Shown piece after piece: positions 1 to 10,112 of a DNA stretch of 64,000 bases (positions are counted from its first letter, which is position 1; each line of letters begins with the position of its first letter). The stretch lies in NCBI GenBank assembly GCA_964351975.1, contig CAYGPK010000001.1, forward strand, positions 10,393-74,392, in the 5' to 3' direction. The notes under the pieces are model-generated. The model was not told the origin of the DNA and ran no database searches. It was given only the letters and a program-made list of their open reading frames with translations. Source of the DNA: an uncultured Methanosarcinales archaeon (lineage in GTDB: Archaea > Nanobdellota > Nanobdellia > Woesearchaeales > UBA583). The position numbers and the translations under genes are program-made.

Positions 1-83
1 TCAAAATCCATTCCTTCTGTAAAAGTTTTAATTATTTTGATATTATTTACAATGTCTTCAAGAAATAATTTATACTCTCGCAT
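1..83 (-). CDS. HepT/DUF86-like (HEPN) toxin, N-terminal part, runs off window
   Basis: Manual translation from ATG at 83: MREYKLFLEDIVNNIKIIKTFTEGMDF..., typical DUF86 N-terminus; overlaps the end of the MNT gene. Confidence 0.75.
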   Translation of the reverse strand, partial: MREYKLFLEDIVNNIKIIKTFTEGMDF

Positions 84-378
84 TTAGTTTTTCACCTTCA
101 AGTATGTATTTTTTTAATTCATCTCTAACTAAATGTGGTTTAACTAAGTCTACTTTTTTATTAAATAAATCTTCTAAAAAAACTGATAATCCCATATAAT
201 CTTTAAATAAACCTCTACCTTTCTCAAATTCAACTAAAAAATCAATATCAGAAGAAACTTTTTGAGTATCTGTAACATAAGAACCAAACAAAGTTAATTT
301 TGTAACGCCATATTTCCTAATTAAGATTCTATTCTCATATAATTTCTCTAAAATAATTTCTTTATTTAGTTTAGTCAT
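70..378 (-). CDS. Minimal nucleotidyltransferase (MNT) antitoxin
   Basis: 102 aa with LFGSYV...SDIDFLV and KVDLV motifs; followed by HEPN-like gene. Confidence 0.9.
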   Translation of the reverse strand: MTKLNKEIILEKLYENRILIRKYGVTKLTLFGSYVTDTQKVSSDIDFLVEFEKGRGLFKDYMGLSVFLEDLFNKKVDLVKPHLVRDELKKYILEGEKLNARV

Positions 379-461
379 ATTTAATATAGGTTTTCATTAT
401 TTATAAAACTAACTTTAGCAAAAAAGTTATAAACTTTAAAGATTAGAATTTAATAAATAAA

Positions 462-1400
462 ATGCTAGAAGCAATTTTAACAGGTGATCAAATGGGAATT
501 TTTAGATTTGGGAAAAAAAGAGAAGAAACTACAAAAGCAGATGAAAGTAGAAGAGAATTTTTGAAAAAAGCTGCAAATACTGGTATTGGTGCGGCAGGAC
601 TTTATGTTGCAGGAAAAACTTTAGGACTTGGACAAGAAGCGAAAGCAGATATCTCAAGAAAAGATTGGGTGAATTTTTCTTTTCCACCTGGAATTGCGAT
701 TGCACCTGATATTGTTAAAAGAGGATACTATTTATGTGAAGCAAATAATACATCTGGAATTGCATCAAATGAATTAAGTGGGAGGAACATATATGGAGGC
801 GAATTTGCAACTTTTGTGGAAAGAATTTCTGAACCTGCTATTTATTTTATTGAAGCAAAGTATGATATTCCATTATCAAATAATTCGAATTCTCTGCATA
901 CAAGACGGCCATTTGATATAGAAATGCAAGAGAATAATAGAGCACTTTGGGAATTTAGGAAAGGAATAAATGAATTTTTCATACAATTAAGAAGAAATAT
1001 TCCACATTATGAACAAGCTGAAAAACATTTTATTAATTCAATATTTTTAGCATCTTATCAATCAGTTGAAAAAGCATATAATTTAGCTAACAAATTTGAA
1101 TCAGTTACATTCGAGGAGAAGAAAAAAATGGCTGAAGAAATTGTTAGTGAATTAGAAAAAATGGGAAGTGGAAAGAAAATTGAAAGCCCAACTAAATTTG
1201 AAAATAATCCCTATTATAGAAGATTAACTGCAAGCTGGAGTTCTATGTGGCTTACTAATACTTATTGGTTACAAGTAAAAAAAAGAGATGATGAAAAAGA
1301 TGATAATATGCATTTAATTAATGATAAAGTTGAAAAACCTTTAAGAAAATTTATAGGTAAAACCAGAGGACCACCTTTTTACTTAAATAAATTATTTTAA
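462..1400 (+). CDS. Hypothetical exported protein with twin-arginine-like signal
   Basis: SRREFLKK, Gly/Ala-rich h-region, AKA cleavage-like site; GGTGAT SD before second ATG at 492. Confidence 0.6.
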   Translation: MLEAILTGDQMGIFRFGKKREETTKADESRREFLKKAANTGIGAAGLYVAGKTLGLGQEAKADISRKDWVNFSFPPGIAIAPDIVKRGYYLCEANNTSGIASNELSGRNIYGGEFATFVERISEPAIYFIEAKYDIPLSNNSNSLHTRRPFDIEMQENNRALWEFRKGINEFFIQLRRNIPHYEQAEKHFINSIFLASYQSVEKAYNLANKFESVTFEEKKKMAEEIVSELEKMGSGKKIESPTKFENNPYYRRLTASWSSMWLTNTYWLQVKKRDDEKDDNMHLINDKVEKPLRKFIGKTRGPPFYLNKLF

Positions 1401-4400
1401 TTAACTTGCTCCCACACTAGGAGAAGTTAAATCGTTCTGTATTTTAGGACATTCATCTCTAAGGTTTATTGTGAATTTAACTTCTCCTTTTTCAATTTGT
1501 TTATCTCCATCTTTAAGATTGTAACTTAGAATAAATTCTTGAGTTGGTTTTATTCCAAAAAAGTGAGCCCAAGTTTTATCTTTTAAATTATCATCAATAA
1601 TATTATCTAATGAATCTTTTAAGGAATTAGATAATGGGAATGCTATTGTTTCATCATTAATCCCTAAAACTTTAGCTTTTCCATTCTGAGTATTTGATTT
1701 TAATGTTCCAAAACTTGTAGAAGTTACCCTATAATCTACTACTAATTCTTTATTTTTATTTCTTGTATTTTGAATAATATATTTAATTGGGATTTCAATT
1801 TCTTGTGTGTTTTTATTTATACAAATATTTTGATTGTTGTACGGCTCAGTTAAATCAAAATAAGTTGTTCCTTCATCTTCTGAATTTTCAGATAGCTTAC
1901 CTAAATTAAAAGTTGTTTGAAATATTTTACCATTTGTCTTTAATTTGTCATCTACAACAATATTTTCATCTACAATTGAACTATAAGTTTTAAAGTTTTC
2001 TTTTGTTAATTCATTTGCTTGAGATGTTGGAAGAACTCTCATATACAAATTACAAGTTCCAGTTTTTAATTCATTAGAACTAAATTCATTAAACAAAATT
2101 TGAGTCGAAGGATTCTTTGGATCTACTAAATAAAATTTAACATTCTCAGGCCTAGAGTTAAAATTTATTTTTATAACTTCATCTTTAAAAGCTAAACTAT
2201 TCACTAATATTTCTTCTTCAGATTCAAAAGTATTTGCTTTATTAGTCAATAAAGGTGATGTTCCATTAAAATATCTTATCTCCTTTATATCGTAGGTCCC
2301 TTTAATCTCTGAATTTGTAGTAATTGCTTTTATTTGCCATTGTATGTTAGCATTTGGTTTTGCTTGGTAAACAACTTCTGAATTTGAACTCTCACCAATA
2401 CTAGGTAGATTAGAAAATAATCTTTCAGTTATTCTTCCATCATATACAGGAGTGCCACTAATAGTAGTTTCTTTTAAAGATTTACTAGGAGTTGTATCTC
2501 CAATCTCATTTATATAATATTGACTATCAGTACCTTCATTACACACGGCCATATATGCTAGAGATATATCTTGATCAAAAGTATCAACATTCTTAACACT
2601 ATATATTAAATTACTAAAAATTCCATTTCCCTCAAAATAAGTTTTTTGTTTTGATGGTAATAATTTAGTTTTATCATCTATTTCAAAAACTGATATAAGG
2701 GCATCTTTTTCAAACAAACTATCACAAGTAAAACCTTCTGGAATTCCATCACCCATAACTCCTGTTCCAAAATTACATTGAGCAATTAATGTTTCTTGTT
2801 TATGAATTATTGGAAACTCCCTAACATCTATTTTTGTTTCACCTTTTACTTGATAAGTATGAGTGAATTTTATTACATTATACCAAAACCTAGCTCCAGT
2901 ATCTGTAACAACTATTGAATCTTGTTTTGAACCTCCCTTAGAAACATACAAAGTCATAGGTCTTATTTTATTTCCTGGAACTATTGAAGCCTCAGTTCTA
3001 CCGGTAGGACAATATTCACTATTTGGTTGAGATTCATCACAAATGAATTCAACTTTAGTATCAATTCTTTGACCACCCGATAAAACTCCATAAGTAAATA
3101 AATATCTAATAGATAAATCTCCAGTTAAAGGATTATAACCTTGCATTCTACTTTCTGCAAATGGAGGACCAAACACAGGTTCAACTTCATTTTGATCTAT
3201 AGCTCCTAAAATATTTTCTGTTAAAATTGTCCAATCACCAGTTATTGCTGCAAGACAAGCTTTATTTATTATTTGGTCTGTTCCAAGTCCAGCTTTATCA
3301 AATAAAGAGCCTTTATATCTAGAATCGAAAGCTTTCTCATTTGCTTTCATCTGTCCTAAAAATGAAGAAAAAGGATTCCTTTCAACTTGTTCTTGAGAAG
3401 CACCAGTTCTAGGGTTTACATTTTGTTGAAATTCAGGCAAAATAACATTAGTTGCTATATCACAAACAGCTTGTCCTAATAATCTCTCACAATAAGAACC
3501 TTTAACAGTTCCAATCTTGGCTTGTTCAAGGCATTGATAAATACTTTGTTGAATCTTTAATAAGTTTTTAGCGTGTGAATAAGTATCAGTTATTGCTCCA
3601 CATCTTATTGATGATATTATACTAGTTGAAGGATCAACTCCTGCTACTCCACTACCACCATCATCTCCAAAAATCCCTGTATCAAAAAAATTACATCTAG
3701 TATCATCAAAATCAGGTGCTTTAGGATTATAACACATATTTCCATTCATTTTTCCAATATTCACCATGCCAGTTTTTTCGTCAACAGGATAACACTCTTT
3801 AGGATAATAAATATCACTAGTTACTTTTCTCGCAGTATTATAGGAAGTCTCTTCAGAAAATTCTTTTCCTTCACCAGTCACATAATATCCTTTATGAGTA
3901 GAATTATACTGGCAAGACTCTCTTGCTTGAGCCTTAATAGTACCAATTATTTTACCATCTCTCATAAACTCAGTAGGTTCTGCATTTTTTTTATTAGGAT
4001 CAATAAAGTTTTTGCTATTAAATTCATCTGTATTTTGTCCATCACATAAATAAGGAGAAGCACTTGATGCAACTCTATCACAAATTAAATATAATCTTCT
4101 ATCAATCTTTTCTTTTTCTTTTTCTCTTTCAACTGGATCAGTAATTGATGCTAGTTGAGTATACTCGTAAGCTTGCCAAAATTTAGCACCAGTACAGGCA
4201 AGTACTCCACCAATAGATGCGTATCCTAGATATTCAACAGCTGTTTCTGTATAAGTTATGGTTGTGTTTAGAAATCCTTGGATACTCTCAATAGTTGCAG
4301 GAGTTAACCATTTAGAATGATCAAGAGGTCTTTCTATATTCATACTTGTTTGAAAATAAATAGGGTTTGCTTCATCAATTGGAATTGTATTATCATCTAA

Positions 4401-6413
4401 AACGTAATTCAATCTATTTATTTGAAATGCAAAGTCTAATTTATCAGGATACTCAAGTGGCTTTAAATTTAATTTTTTAACTTTAACAGGAAAATACACA
4501 ATTAAATCTCCTGTATCTTTATCAAGCATCCAATTAAATCTTGTAGTATCAATACTTCCATATTTAGAATCAACAGAACCTTTTGTATCCATTGCAACGC
4601 CTAGTCCACTAAATCTGGTTACTTTTCCTGGACCAATGTATTGAAATCTTGCAATTACTCCAAATTCAACATTTCCATTACCTGAACGAACATCACCAGT
4701 TTGTTCAATTTCTGCAGCGTACATTGTATTTGGAATTGTAGTTATCTCTCCTGCTCTCCACATTGTATTTCCCGCATCAAGCGTTACAACTTCATCATAT
4801 ACATTTACGTTTCCATACTTATCAGCCATAATAATACAAATAGTATTTTTTGAATCTACACCTTCAACTTTAGGAGGAGTTTTAGGATTTTGTGCATCAT
4901 TATAATCACTTCTATCAAAACTTCTTTCTTGTAGTGTAATTATAGCATCAAAATTTCCTTCACTATCAGATGTTAAAGTTGTTTTTTTACTAATTAAACT
5001 CAATAGACTCAATTGGGATTCATTCATATTTAATTCAGGTCCATCAACTCTATCATTATCTAATTGCCCAAGATTTCTATAAAAAAATGTTTTATACATT
5101 TCACAACTAACTCTATTCCCATCTCTGTCATCTGTATTTTCAGGAAAAGAAAAAATAGTCATTTCAATATTTGGTTTATTTGTTCTACCATCTATTTTTT
5201 GAAAAAAGAAATGAGCTGTTTTTGAACCAAAAAATAATTCTTCAGGATGTAAATTATCTTTTAATGGTTTCCTAATATCTGGATTAGTTCTATCAAGCTC
5301 AATTTGATGTGCTTCTTTGTATATATTACCTGCTAAATCTACTGCAATTAATGTTAAATCATTTTGTCCATCTTTTAAATTTAAACTAATTTTGATATTT
5401 TCATTTTCTACTTCTTCACTAAAATTTTTTTCATTAAAAGTATAATTTAATAAAACTGCATCTGTTGAAATATTTAATTCTAATCTTGCTTCATTTGTGA
5501 ATCTTCGTAGAGTATTTACAAATTCAATACTTGGAGGAATCGTATCTGAAATTATTTTTACCTTTGTTTCTCCATTAAAGATATTTGAATTAGTAGGGTT
5601 AGTTGTAATTAATCTTAGAGTATTCTCACCTTCTCTTAATAATGGAATTGTGAAATTAAAGCTATTTCCATTTAAAGGAATTGATTTTAAAACCCCTGTA
5701 TTTGTAATATCTCCTTCTATGTTTAATAAATAATAAAGAGGTGAATTAGAATCACTAACAACACCTTCTATTTTCATCTCTCTGTACTTTGTAATATTTG
5801 TAAAATTAGTTAGAGTTATATCATTTGGATATTTATCATAAGTTACAGTATATTCAAATTCTTTAACATCAGCTTTTGTATTTAATGGGTATGCAATAAC
5901 AAATCTTAAACTATTTTCTCCATCTACTAAATAATTATGAATACCACTAAAAGAAAAATTTGTTAACTCATCGGCAATTGTTATTGTTTTTGAAATCCCT
6001 TCTTCTTCGTCTCTATACAAAACATCTCCTTCAACGTAAGAGCTAAAAGTTAAACTTTGAGCATAATTTAGAGTTTTAAAAGTTGTGCTAGAGATATTTA
6101 TTTTGTAAACTTTCGCAGGATTGTTATTTCTAAAAATTAAAGATGCTCCAATTGGAATTATTTCATTTTTTATTGAATCATTTAATTGGATAGTTTTAGA
6201 ATTTGCAAGAACACTAGTTTTTCCAACAAAATTATCATTAACATATAAATTAACTTCTACTCCCGAAGATGCTTGTCCACTTACTATTACTTCTCCGGGT
6301 TCATATGAATTTTCATTAAATTCAAATAAAGGAAATTCTGCATAACTTAAAGAAATAAAACTAGTTAATAATAATAGAAATACAAGTATCTTGTTGAATT
6401 TTGAAAAAACCAC
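1401..6413 (-). CDS. Giant secreted/surface protein (1670 aa) with Ig-like repeats and Cys-rich central region
   Basis: Signal peptide (SYA|E); Ig-like motifs DTIPPSI and LKDGQNDLTLIAVDLAGN; many Cys in the middle third. Confidence 0.7.
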   Translation of the reverse strand: MVFSKFNKILVFLLLLTSFISLSYAEFPLFEFNENSYEPGEVIVSGQASSGVEVNLYVNDNFVGKTSVLANSKTIQLNDSIKNEIIPIGASLIFRNNNPAKVYKINISSTTFKTLNYAQSLTFSSYVEGDVLYRDEEEGISKTITIADELTNFSFSGIHNYLVDGENSLRFVIAYPLNTKADVKEFEYTVTYDKYPNDITLTNFTNITKYREMKIEGVVSDSNSPLYYLLNIEGDITNTGVLKSIPLNGNSFNFTIPLLREGENTLRLITTNPTNSNIFNGETKVKIISDTIPPSIEFVNTLRRFTNEARLELNISTDAVLLNYTFNEKNFSEEVENENIKISLNLKDGQNDLTLIAVDLAGNIYKEAHQIELDRTNPDIRKPLKDNLHPEELFFGSKTAHFFFQKIDGRTNKPNIEMTIFSFPENTDDRDGNRVSCEMYKTFFYRNLGQLDNDRVDGPELNMNESQLSLLSLISKKTTLTSDSEGNFDAIITLQERSFDRSDYNDAQNPKTPPKVEGVDSKNTICIIMADKYGNVNVYDEVVTLDAGNTMWRAGEITTIPNTMYAAEIEQTGDVRSGNGNVEFGVIARFQYIGPGKVTRFSGLGVAMDTKGSVDSKYGSIDTTRFNWMLDKDTGDLIVYFPVKVKKLNLKPLEYPDKLDFAFQINRLNYVLDDNTIPIDEANPIYFQTSMNIERPLDHSKWLTPATIESIQGFLNTTITYTETAVEYLGYASIGGVLACTGAKFWQAYEYTQLASITDPVEREKEKEKIDRRLYLICDRVASSASPYLCDGQNTDEFNSKNFIDPNKKNAEPTEFMRDGKIIGTIKAQARESCQYNSTHKGYYVTGEGKEFSEETSYNTARKVTSDIYYPKECYPVDEKTGMVNIGKMNGNMCYNPKAPDFDDTRCNFFDTGIFGDDGGSGVAGVDPSTSIISSIRCGAITDTYSHAKNLLKIQQSIYQCLEQAKIGTVKGSYCERLLGQAVCDIATNVILPEFQQNVNPRTGASQEQVERNPFSSFLGQMKANEKAFDSRYKGSLFDKAGLGTDQIINKACLAAITGDWTILTENILGAIDQNEVEPVFGPPFAESRMQGYNPLTGDLSIRYLFTYGVLSGGQRIDTKVEFICDESQPNSEYCPTGRTEASIVPGNKIRPMTLYVSKGGSKQDSIVVTDTGARFWYNVIKFTHTYQVKGETKIDVREFPIIHKQETLIAQCNFGTGVMGDGIPEGFTCDSLFEKDALISVFEIDDKTKLLPSKQKTYFEGNGIFSNLIYSVKNVDTFDQDISLAYMAVCNEGTDSQYYINEIGDTTPSKSLKETTISGTPVYDGRITERLFSNLPSIGESSNSEVVYQAKPNANIQWQIKAITTNSEIKGTYDIKEIRYFNGTSPLLTNKANTFESEEEILVNSLAFKDEVIKINFNSRPENVKFYLVDPKNPSTQILFNEFSSNELKTGTCNLYMRVLPTSQANELTKENFKTYSSIVDENIVVDDKLKTNGKIFQTTFNLGKLSENSEDEGTTYFDLTEPYNNQNICINKNTQEIEIPIKYIIQNTRNKNKELVVDYRVTSTSFGTLKSNTQNGKAKVLGINDETIAFPLSNSLKDSLDNIIDDNLKDKTWAHFFGIKPTQEFILSYNLKDGDKQIEKGEVKFTINLRDECPKIQNDLTSPSVGAS

Positions 6414-6601
6414 TTACTATAATCTCAAAAATCCAATTTATTATAGTTTTGGTTTACTTAAAAGAGGTAAATCCTTAATAATTTAAATTCAATAAAGACA
6501 TTTATAAATTACAAGGTCTTAGTAATAGTATAAAATTAGTTTAATTCTTTTTAAAAATTTAAATTTATTAATCGAATTAAACACAAATATGAAATAAAAA
6601 A

Positions 6602-6655
6602 ATGAATACAAATAAAAAAAAAATAAAAAAAAATAACATAAGAGGGGTTCTATAA
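6602..6655 (+). CDS. Putative leader ORF, 17 aa (MNTNKKKIKKNNIRGVL)
   Basis: Manual translation; contains GAGGGG SD; TAATG overlap with next ORF. Confidence 0.4.
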   Translation: MNTNKKKIKKNNIRGVL

Positions 6656-6732
6656 TGGTAATCTCAATAGTGAACACAACAAAAATTAAACAGGAATTTT
6701 TGAGCATTTACATGGAGGTGTCACAATGGTAG
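6655..6732 (+). CDS. Putative leader ORF, 25 aa (MVISIVNTTKIKQEFLSIYMEVSQW)
   Basis: Preceded by SD; internal hairpin 6680-6702; contains GGAGGTG; overlaps next ATG at 6726. Confidence 0.55.
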   Translation: MVISIVNTTKIKQEFLSIYMEVSQW

Positions 6733-6800
6733 TTTCCATGGTGAACACAACAAAAATCAAAGATTTTTGGAGTATTTTCATAAATGTGGGTGAAATCTAA
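6726..6800 (+). CDS. Putative leader ORF, 24 aa (MVVSMVNTTKIKDFWSIFINVGEI)
   Basis: Paralogous to preceding ORF; hairpin 6751-6769; contains GGGTGA; TAATG overlap with 6800 gene. Confidence 0.55.
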   Translation: MVVSMVNTTKIKDFWSIFINVGEI

Positions 6801-7270
6801 TGGTCACATTTATGTTAAATATTCCGCGTAGAAAAATCTATGAAACTATGCTTGTTTTTGAAGATGGAATGATTGAAATGAATATTCTATTATACAATAA
6901 AAATAACTTTGAAAAATTTTTGAAAACTTTTAACGCCGAGGGTTATAAAAATATTAGAAAAGGTTACTTTGAAACTAAAGCACTTTTAGTTATGTTTTTA
7001 GAAAATAGAAAGTACAACAATGAAAATGAATTTCACGATGATTTACTTAAATTAGTTAGAGATCAAAAAATGAATAATGCTCATTTGATGAAGAATAAAA
7101 ATTTAACGATGGGATTTAAATGGACTATTAAAAAAATAGATTTTGAATTTAGTAAAGTTAGAAGAATTAAAACAATGTTTGTTGCAAAAAGATTGTATAA
7201 AGATTTTGATAAATTCAACGATTATGTTCCTAAAATTTTAGAAATCAGACGTGATTTTATGAAGAAATAA
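6800..7270 (+). CDS. Hypothetical basic protein
   Basis: 156 aa ORF with SD; no recognised motif. Confidence 0.6.
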   Translation: MVTFMLNIPRRKIYETMLVFEDGMIEMNILLYNKNNFEKFLKTFNAEGYKNIRKGYFETKALLVMFLENRKYNNENEFHDDLLKLVRDQKMNNAHLMKNKNLTMGFKWTIKKIDFEFSKVRRIKTMFVAKRLYKDFDKFNDYVPKILEIRRDFMKK

Positions 7271-7292
7271 AATTTGAATTAGAATTAAAAAC

Positions 7293-8294
7293 TTATTCAA
7301 ATAAAACTTCAGATTTTTCTCCTAAATTAATCTTATTTGATTTGCCAATTAAAATTACTTCTTTTCCAATTAAAGAATCCTTTAATAAAAAACTTTTAAT
7401 TAAAGTTTGCGAATTAACTATTGAATTTCTAATTATTGAGTTTTCAATTTCGGCATCATCTCCAATTGAAGCATATGGTCCTATAATACTATTTTTAATT
7501 TTTGCAGATTTAGAAACATAACTAGGAGGAATTATAATATAATCCTCTTTACTAATTATTTTTCCACTTGATTTTTTTTGTAAAAAATATCTATTAGCTT
7601 CAAGTAAAACTTCAACTCTACCACAATCAAACCATTTTGTTACAGAAGAAGGTTTTACTAATTTATTTTTATTTTCTATATATTTTCTTATTACTTGAAT
7701 TATTCTATATTCACCTTTTTCAGTTTCTTTATTTATGTAAATTTCATCTAAAATACTTTTAACTTCTAAAATAGATTTAAAATAATAAGCACCTATAATT
7801 GCTAGATTAGATTTTGGTTTTTCTGGCTTTTCTTCAACTTCATAAATTTTATTTTCTGAGTTAATATTCATAACTCCATATTTCTCAGGAGTTAAAACTT
7901 CCATTCCAAATATTACTGCATCTGAACCTTTCTCTTTAATCAAAGATTTTTTTAAATCAAAGTCAATTAATGTGTCTCCAAATACAATATATAATTCTTC
8001 TTCTTCATTAATTTCTAAAAGGCCAAGTCTTATTGCTGAACCATCTCCATCGCGAACAACTTGCTCTACAAATTTACAGTTAATTTTAGGATAATTATTT
8101 TTTATATGAGAGATTATTGGATCTTTTTTATAACCTACTACAAAAATAATTTGCGAAGGTTCTAATTTTAAAGTCTCATCAATAACGTAGTTAAGCATTG
8201 GTTTTCCAGCAACTTCCATTAGTGGTTTTGGAGTTGTATTTGTATGTGGTTTTAACCTCGAACCTACACCTGCAACTGGAATTATTACTTTCAT
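7293..8294 (-). CDS. Sugar-phosphate nucleotidyltransferase (glucose-1-P thymidylyltransferase-like, long form)
   Basis: IIPVAGVGSRLKPHT..PKPL, EEKP, WFDCG and C-terminal hexapeptide repeats. Confidence 0.9.
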   Translation of the reverse strand: MKVIIPVAGVGSRLKPHTNTTPKPLMEVAGKPMLNYVIDETLKLEPSQIIFVVGYKKDPIISHIKNNYPKINCKFVEQVVRDGDGSAIRLGLLEINEEEELYIVFGDTLIDFDLKKSLIKEKGSDAVIFGMEVLTPEKYGVMNINSENKIYEVEEKPEKPKSNLAIIGAYYFKSILEVKSILDEIYINKETEKGEYRIIQVIRKYIENKNKLVKPSSVTKWFDCGRVEVLLEANRYFLQKKSSGKIISKEDYIIIPPSYVSKSAKIKNSIIGPYASIGDDAEIENSIIRNSIVNSQTLIKSFLLKDSLIGKEVILIGKSNKINLGEKSEVLFE

Positions 8295-8336
8295 AATACA
8301 ATAGAGAAATAGGAGTTTATAATATTTATGGATTGA

Positions 8337-8984
8337 TTAATGTATAGTTAAAGAGTCAAAAGTATGAATTTGTGGCCTTTGTTCAAAATAAGTAGGTATA
8401 GAATCAGTTTCTAATTTAGGACTTGAACATAATATTTCAACATTTGTGCCTTTTTTATTCATTAAAATACAACTAAGAACATATAATCTGGTAAAACTAT
8501 TTGCAGAAGAGACTTTATCTATAATTTCAAAATCTTCATCATCTAATTCATATTCTTTCTCTAAAACTCTTCTAGAAAAAGTATCTTTTGTAGATTGATG
8601 TATTGAGATTATAGAATCTAAAGTAGTTCTTAATCCTTTATACCCTGCAGGTCCATGAATTTTATCTAACTCACTAATCTTTCTAGTTAAAACTCTAATT
8701 GCCGAGTCGTATAATTCTAAAGTAGTCTTACTTAAAAAAGTATTATAGAAATTTAAAGATAAAAACCTCATAATTCTGGCTCTTTGTTGTATATCTAAAA
8801 TCTCTCCTCCCCATTTTTCATAATTTCCTTTTGATTCTTCTGAAAATATTGAGGTGTCTATAATATTACCTAAAATAAAACTAGTATCAAAGGTTATAAT
8901 TTGATCGGAAATTGGAGAGCTTTTGGATATAACTTGTTGTAAATTTTCTGGAACTTGAACATAATTTGGATTGAAGAAATTCAT
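8337..8984 (-). CDS. Hypothetical protein, possibly degenerate PIN fold
   Basis: ITFDTSFIL resembles the first PIN strand; later acidic residues not evident. Confidence 0.4.
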   Translation of the reverse strand: MNFFNPNYVQVPENLQQVISKSSPISDQIITFDTSFILGNIIDTSIFSEESKGNYEKWGGEILDIQQRARIMRFLSLNFYNTFLSKTTLELYDSAIRVLTRKISELDKIHGPAGYKGLRTTLDSIISIHQSTKDTFSRRVLEKEYELDDEDFEIIDKVSSANSFTRLYVLSCILMNKKGTNVEILCSSPKLETDSIPTYFEQRPQIHTFDSLTIH

Positions 8985-9036
8985 ATTACTATCAATTAAC
9001 TTCTAGATTTATAAATCTTTCTTCATTAATAGTTAT

Positions 9037-9237
9037 ATGGATATTTTTGTAGAAAAAGAAAATAAAACTATTACTGTAAAATTAGAAACATCTAAAACGT
9101 TAATTGAAATTTTAAAAGATTTAGATATTTCTACTTCTTCTGTTATTTTAGTTAAGAATAATGAAGTATGTCTTGAAGATGAACTTGTTTGTGATTCTGA
9201 TAAAATAAAACTATTATCAGTTGTTTCTGGCGGTTAA
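9037..9237 (+). CDS. Ubiquitin-like ThiS/MoaD/SAMP protein
   Basis: 66 aa beta-grasp size, C-terminal VVSGG. Confidence 0.9.
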   Translation: MDIFVEKENKTITVKLETSKTLIEILKDLDISTSSVILVKNNEVCLEDELVCDSDKIKLLSVVSGG

Positions 9238-9305
9238 AAGTTTATTAATTTCTCCATTTAAAAGTTAATAATATCTTATATAAATTTAAAATACAAACTT
9301 TTATT

Positions 9306-10097
9306 ATGGATTTTCATCTTTTTGCAAAAAAAAAAGATAGTGAAGAGATTAAGCAAGCTCAAGACGTTAAGTCTGCAACTCAAGAAAATAGTAATACTGC
9401 TCCTCCTGCTTTTCAAAACGAATTTAATAATATAGATACGAACAATATGGATGAGACTCAAGATACTTTTAATAACCCTTTCTCAAATAACCAAAGTGAA
9501 AATCAAGATCTGAATTCACAGAACAATAATAATAGTAATAATACATCTACACAGAAAAACCCTTTTGAAAATACAATGCCTATGGAAAATAATAATAATA
9601 ATTCAATCCCTAACACTCCTAATATGAATCAAAATACTCAGATGCAACAACCTCAGGTTAATGAAAATCAAGATTTTGAAAATTTAGAGAATAACAATAG
9701 AACTTCTTATTCAAAAGAAGAAGTTCAAGAAATTATTGATGAAACTGTTGAAAAAGTTATTGAAGAGAGATGGGGACAAATAGTTGCTAAAGTTGATAAA
9801 GTTGTTAGTTGGAAAGATAAACAAGAATCTCAAATTAATTTAATCAAAGAAGATGTTCTTACAATGAAAGAAGGTGTTGAAAAACTTGAAAAAAGATTAA
9901 TTGGGAAAATTGAATCTTACGATAAAAATATTTTAGATGTTAACTCTGAAATTAAAGCACTTGAAAAAGTGTTTCAAAAAATTACACCTACACTTGTTAA
10001 CAATGTTAATGAACTTTCTAAAATTACTAGAGGATTAAAAGAATCTAAAAATAATCCTTATGATGACAAAAGAAATCAAGATAAAGATATTGAGTAA
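9306..10097 (+). CDS. Hypothetical protein, N/Q-rich disordered N-half and coiled-coil C-half
   Basis: Composition; heptad pattern after EEVQEIIDETVEKVIEERW. Confidence 0.7.
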   Translation: MDFHLFAKKKDSEEIKQAQDVKSATQENSNTAPPAFQNEFNNIDTNNMDETQDTFNNPFSNNQSENQDLNSQNNNNSNNTSTQKNPFENTMPMENNNNNSIPNTPNMNQNTQMQQPQVNENQDFENLENNNRTSYSKEEVQEIIDETVEKVIEERWGQIVAKVDKVVSWKDKQESQINLIKEDVLTMKEGVEKLEKRLIGKIESYDKNILDVNSEIKALEKVFQKITPTLVNNVNELSKITRGLKESKNNPYDDKRNQDKDIE

Positions 10098-10112
10098 ATA
10101 ATATTTTAACTA

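Noticed and set aside
6519-6707. 62-aa Phe-rich minus-strand ORF
   Set aside because: Product of A-tracts; the plus strand has SD-linked coupled ORFs instead.
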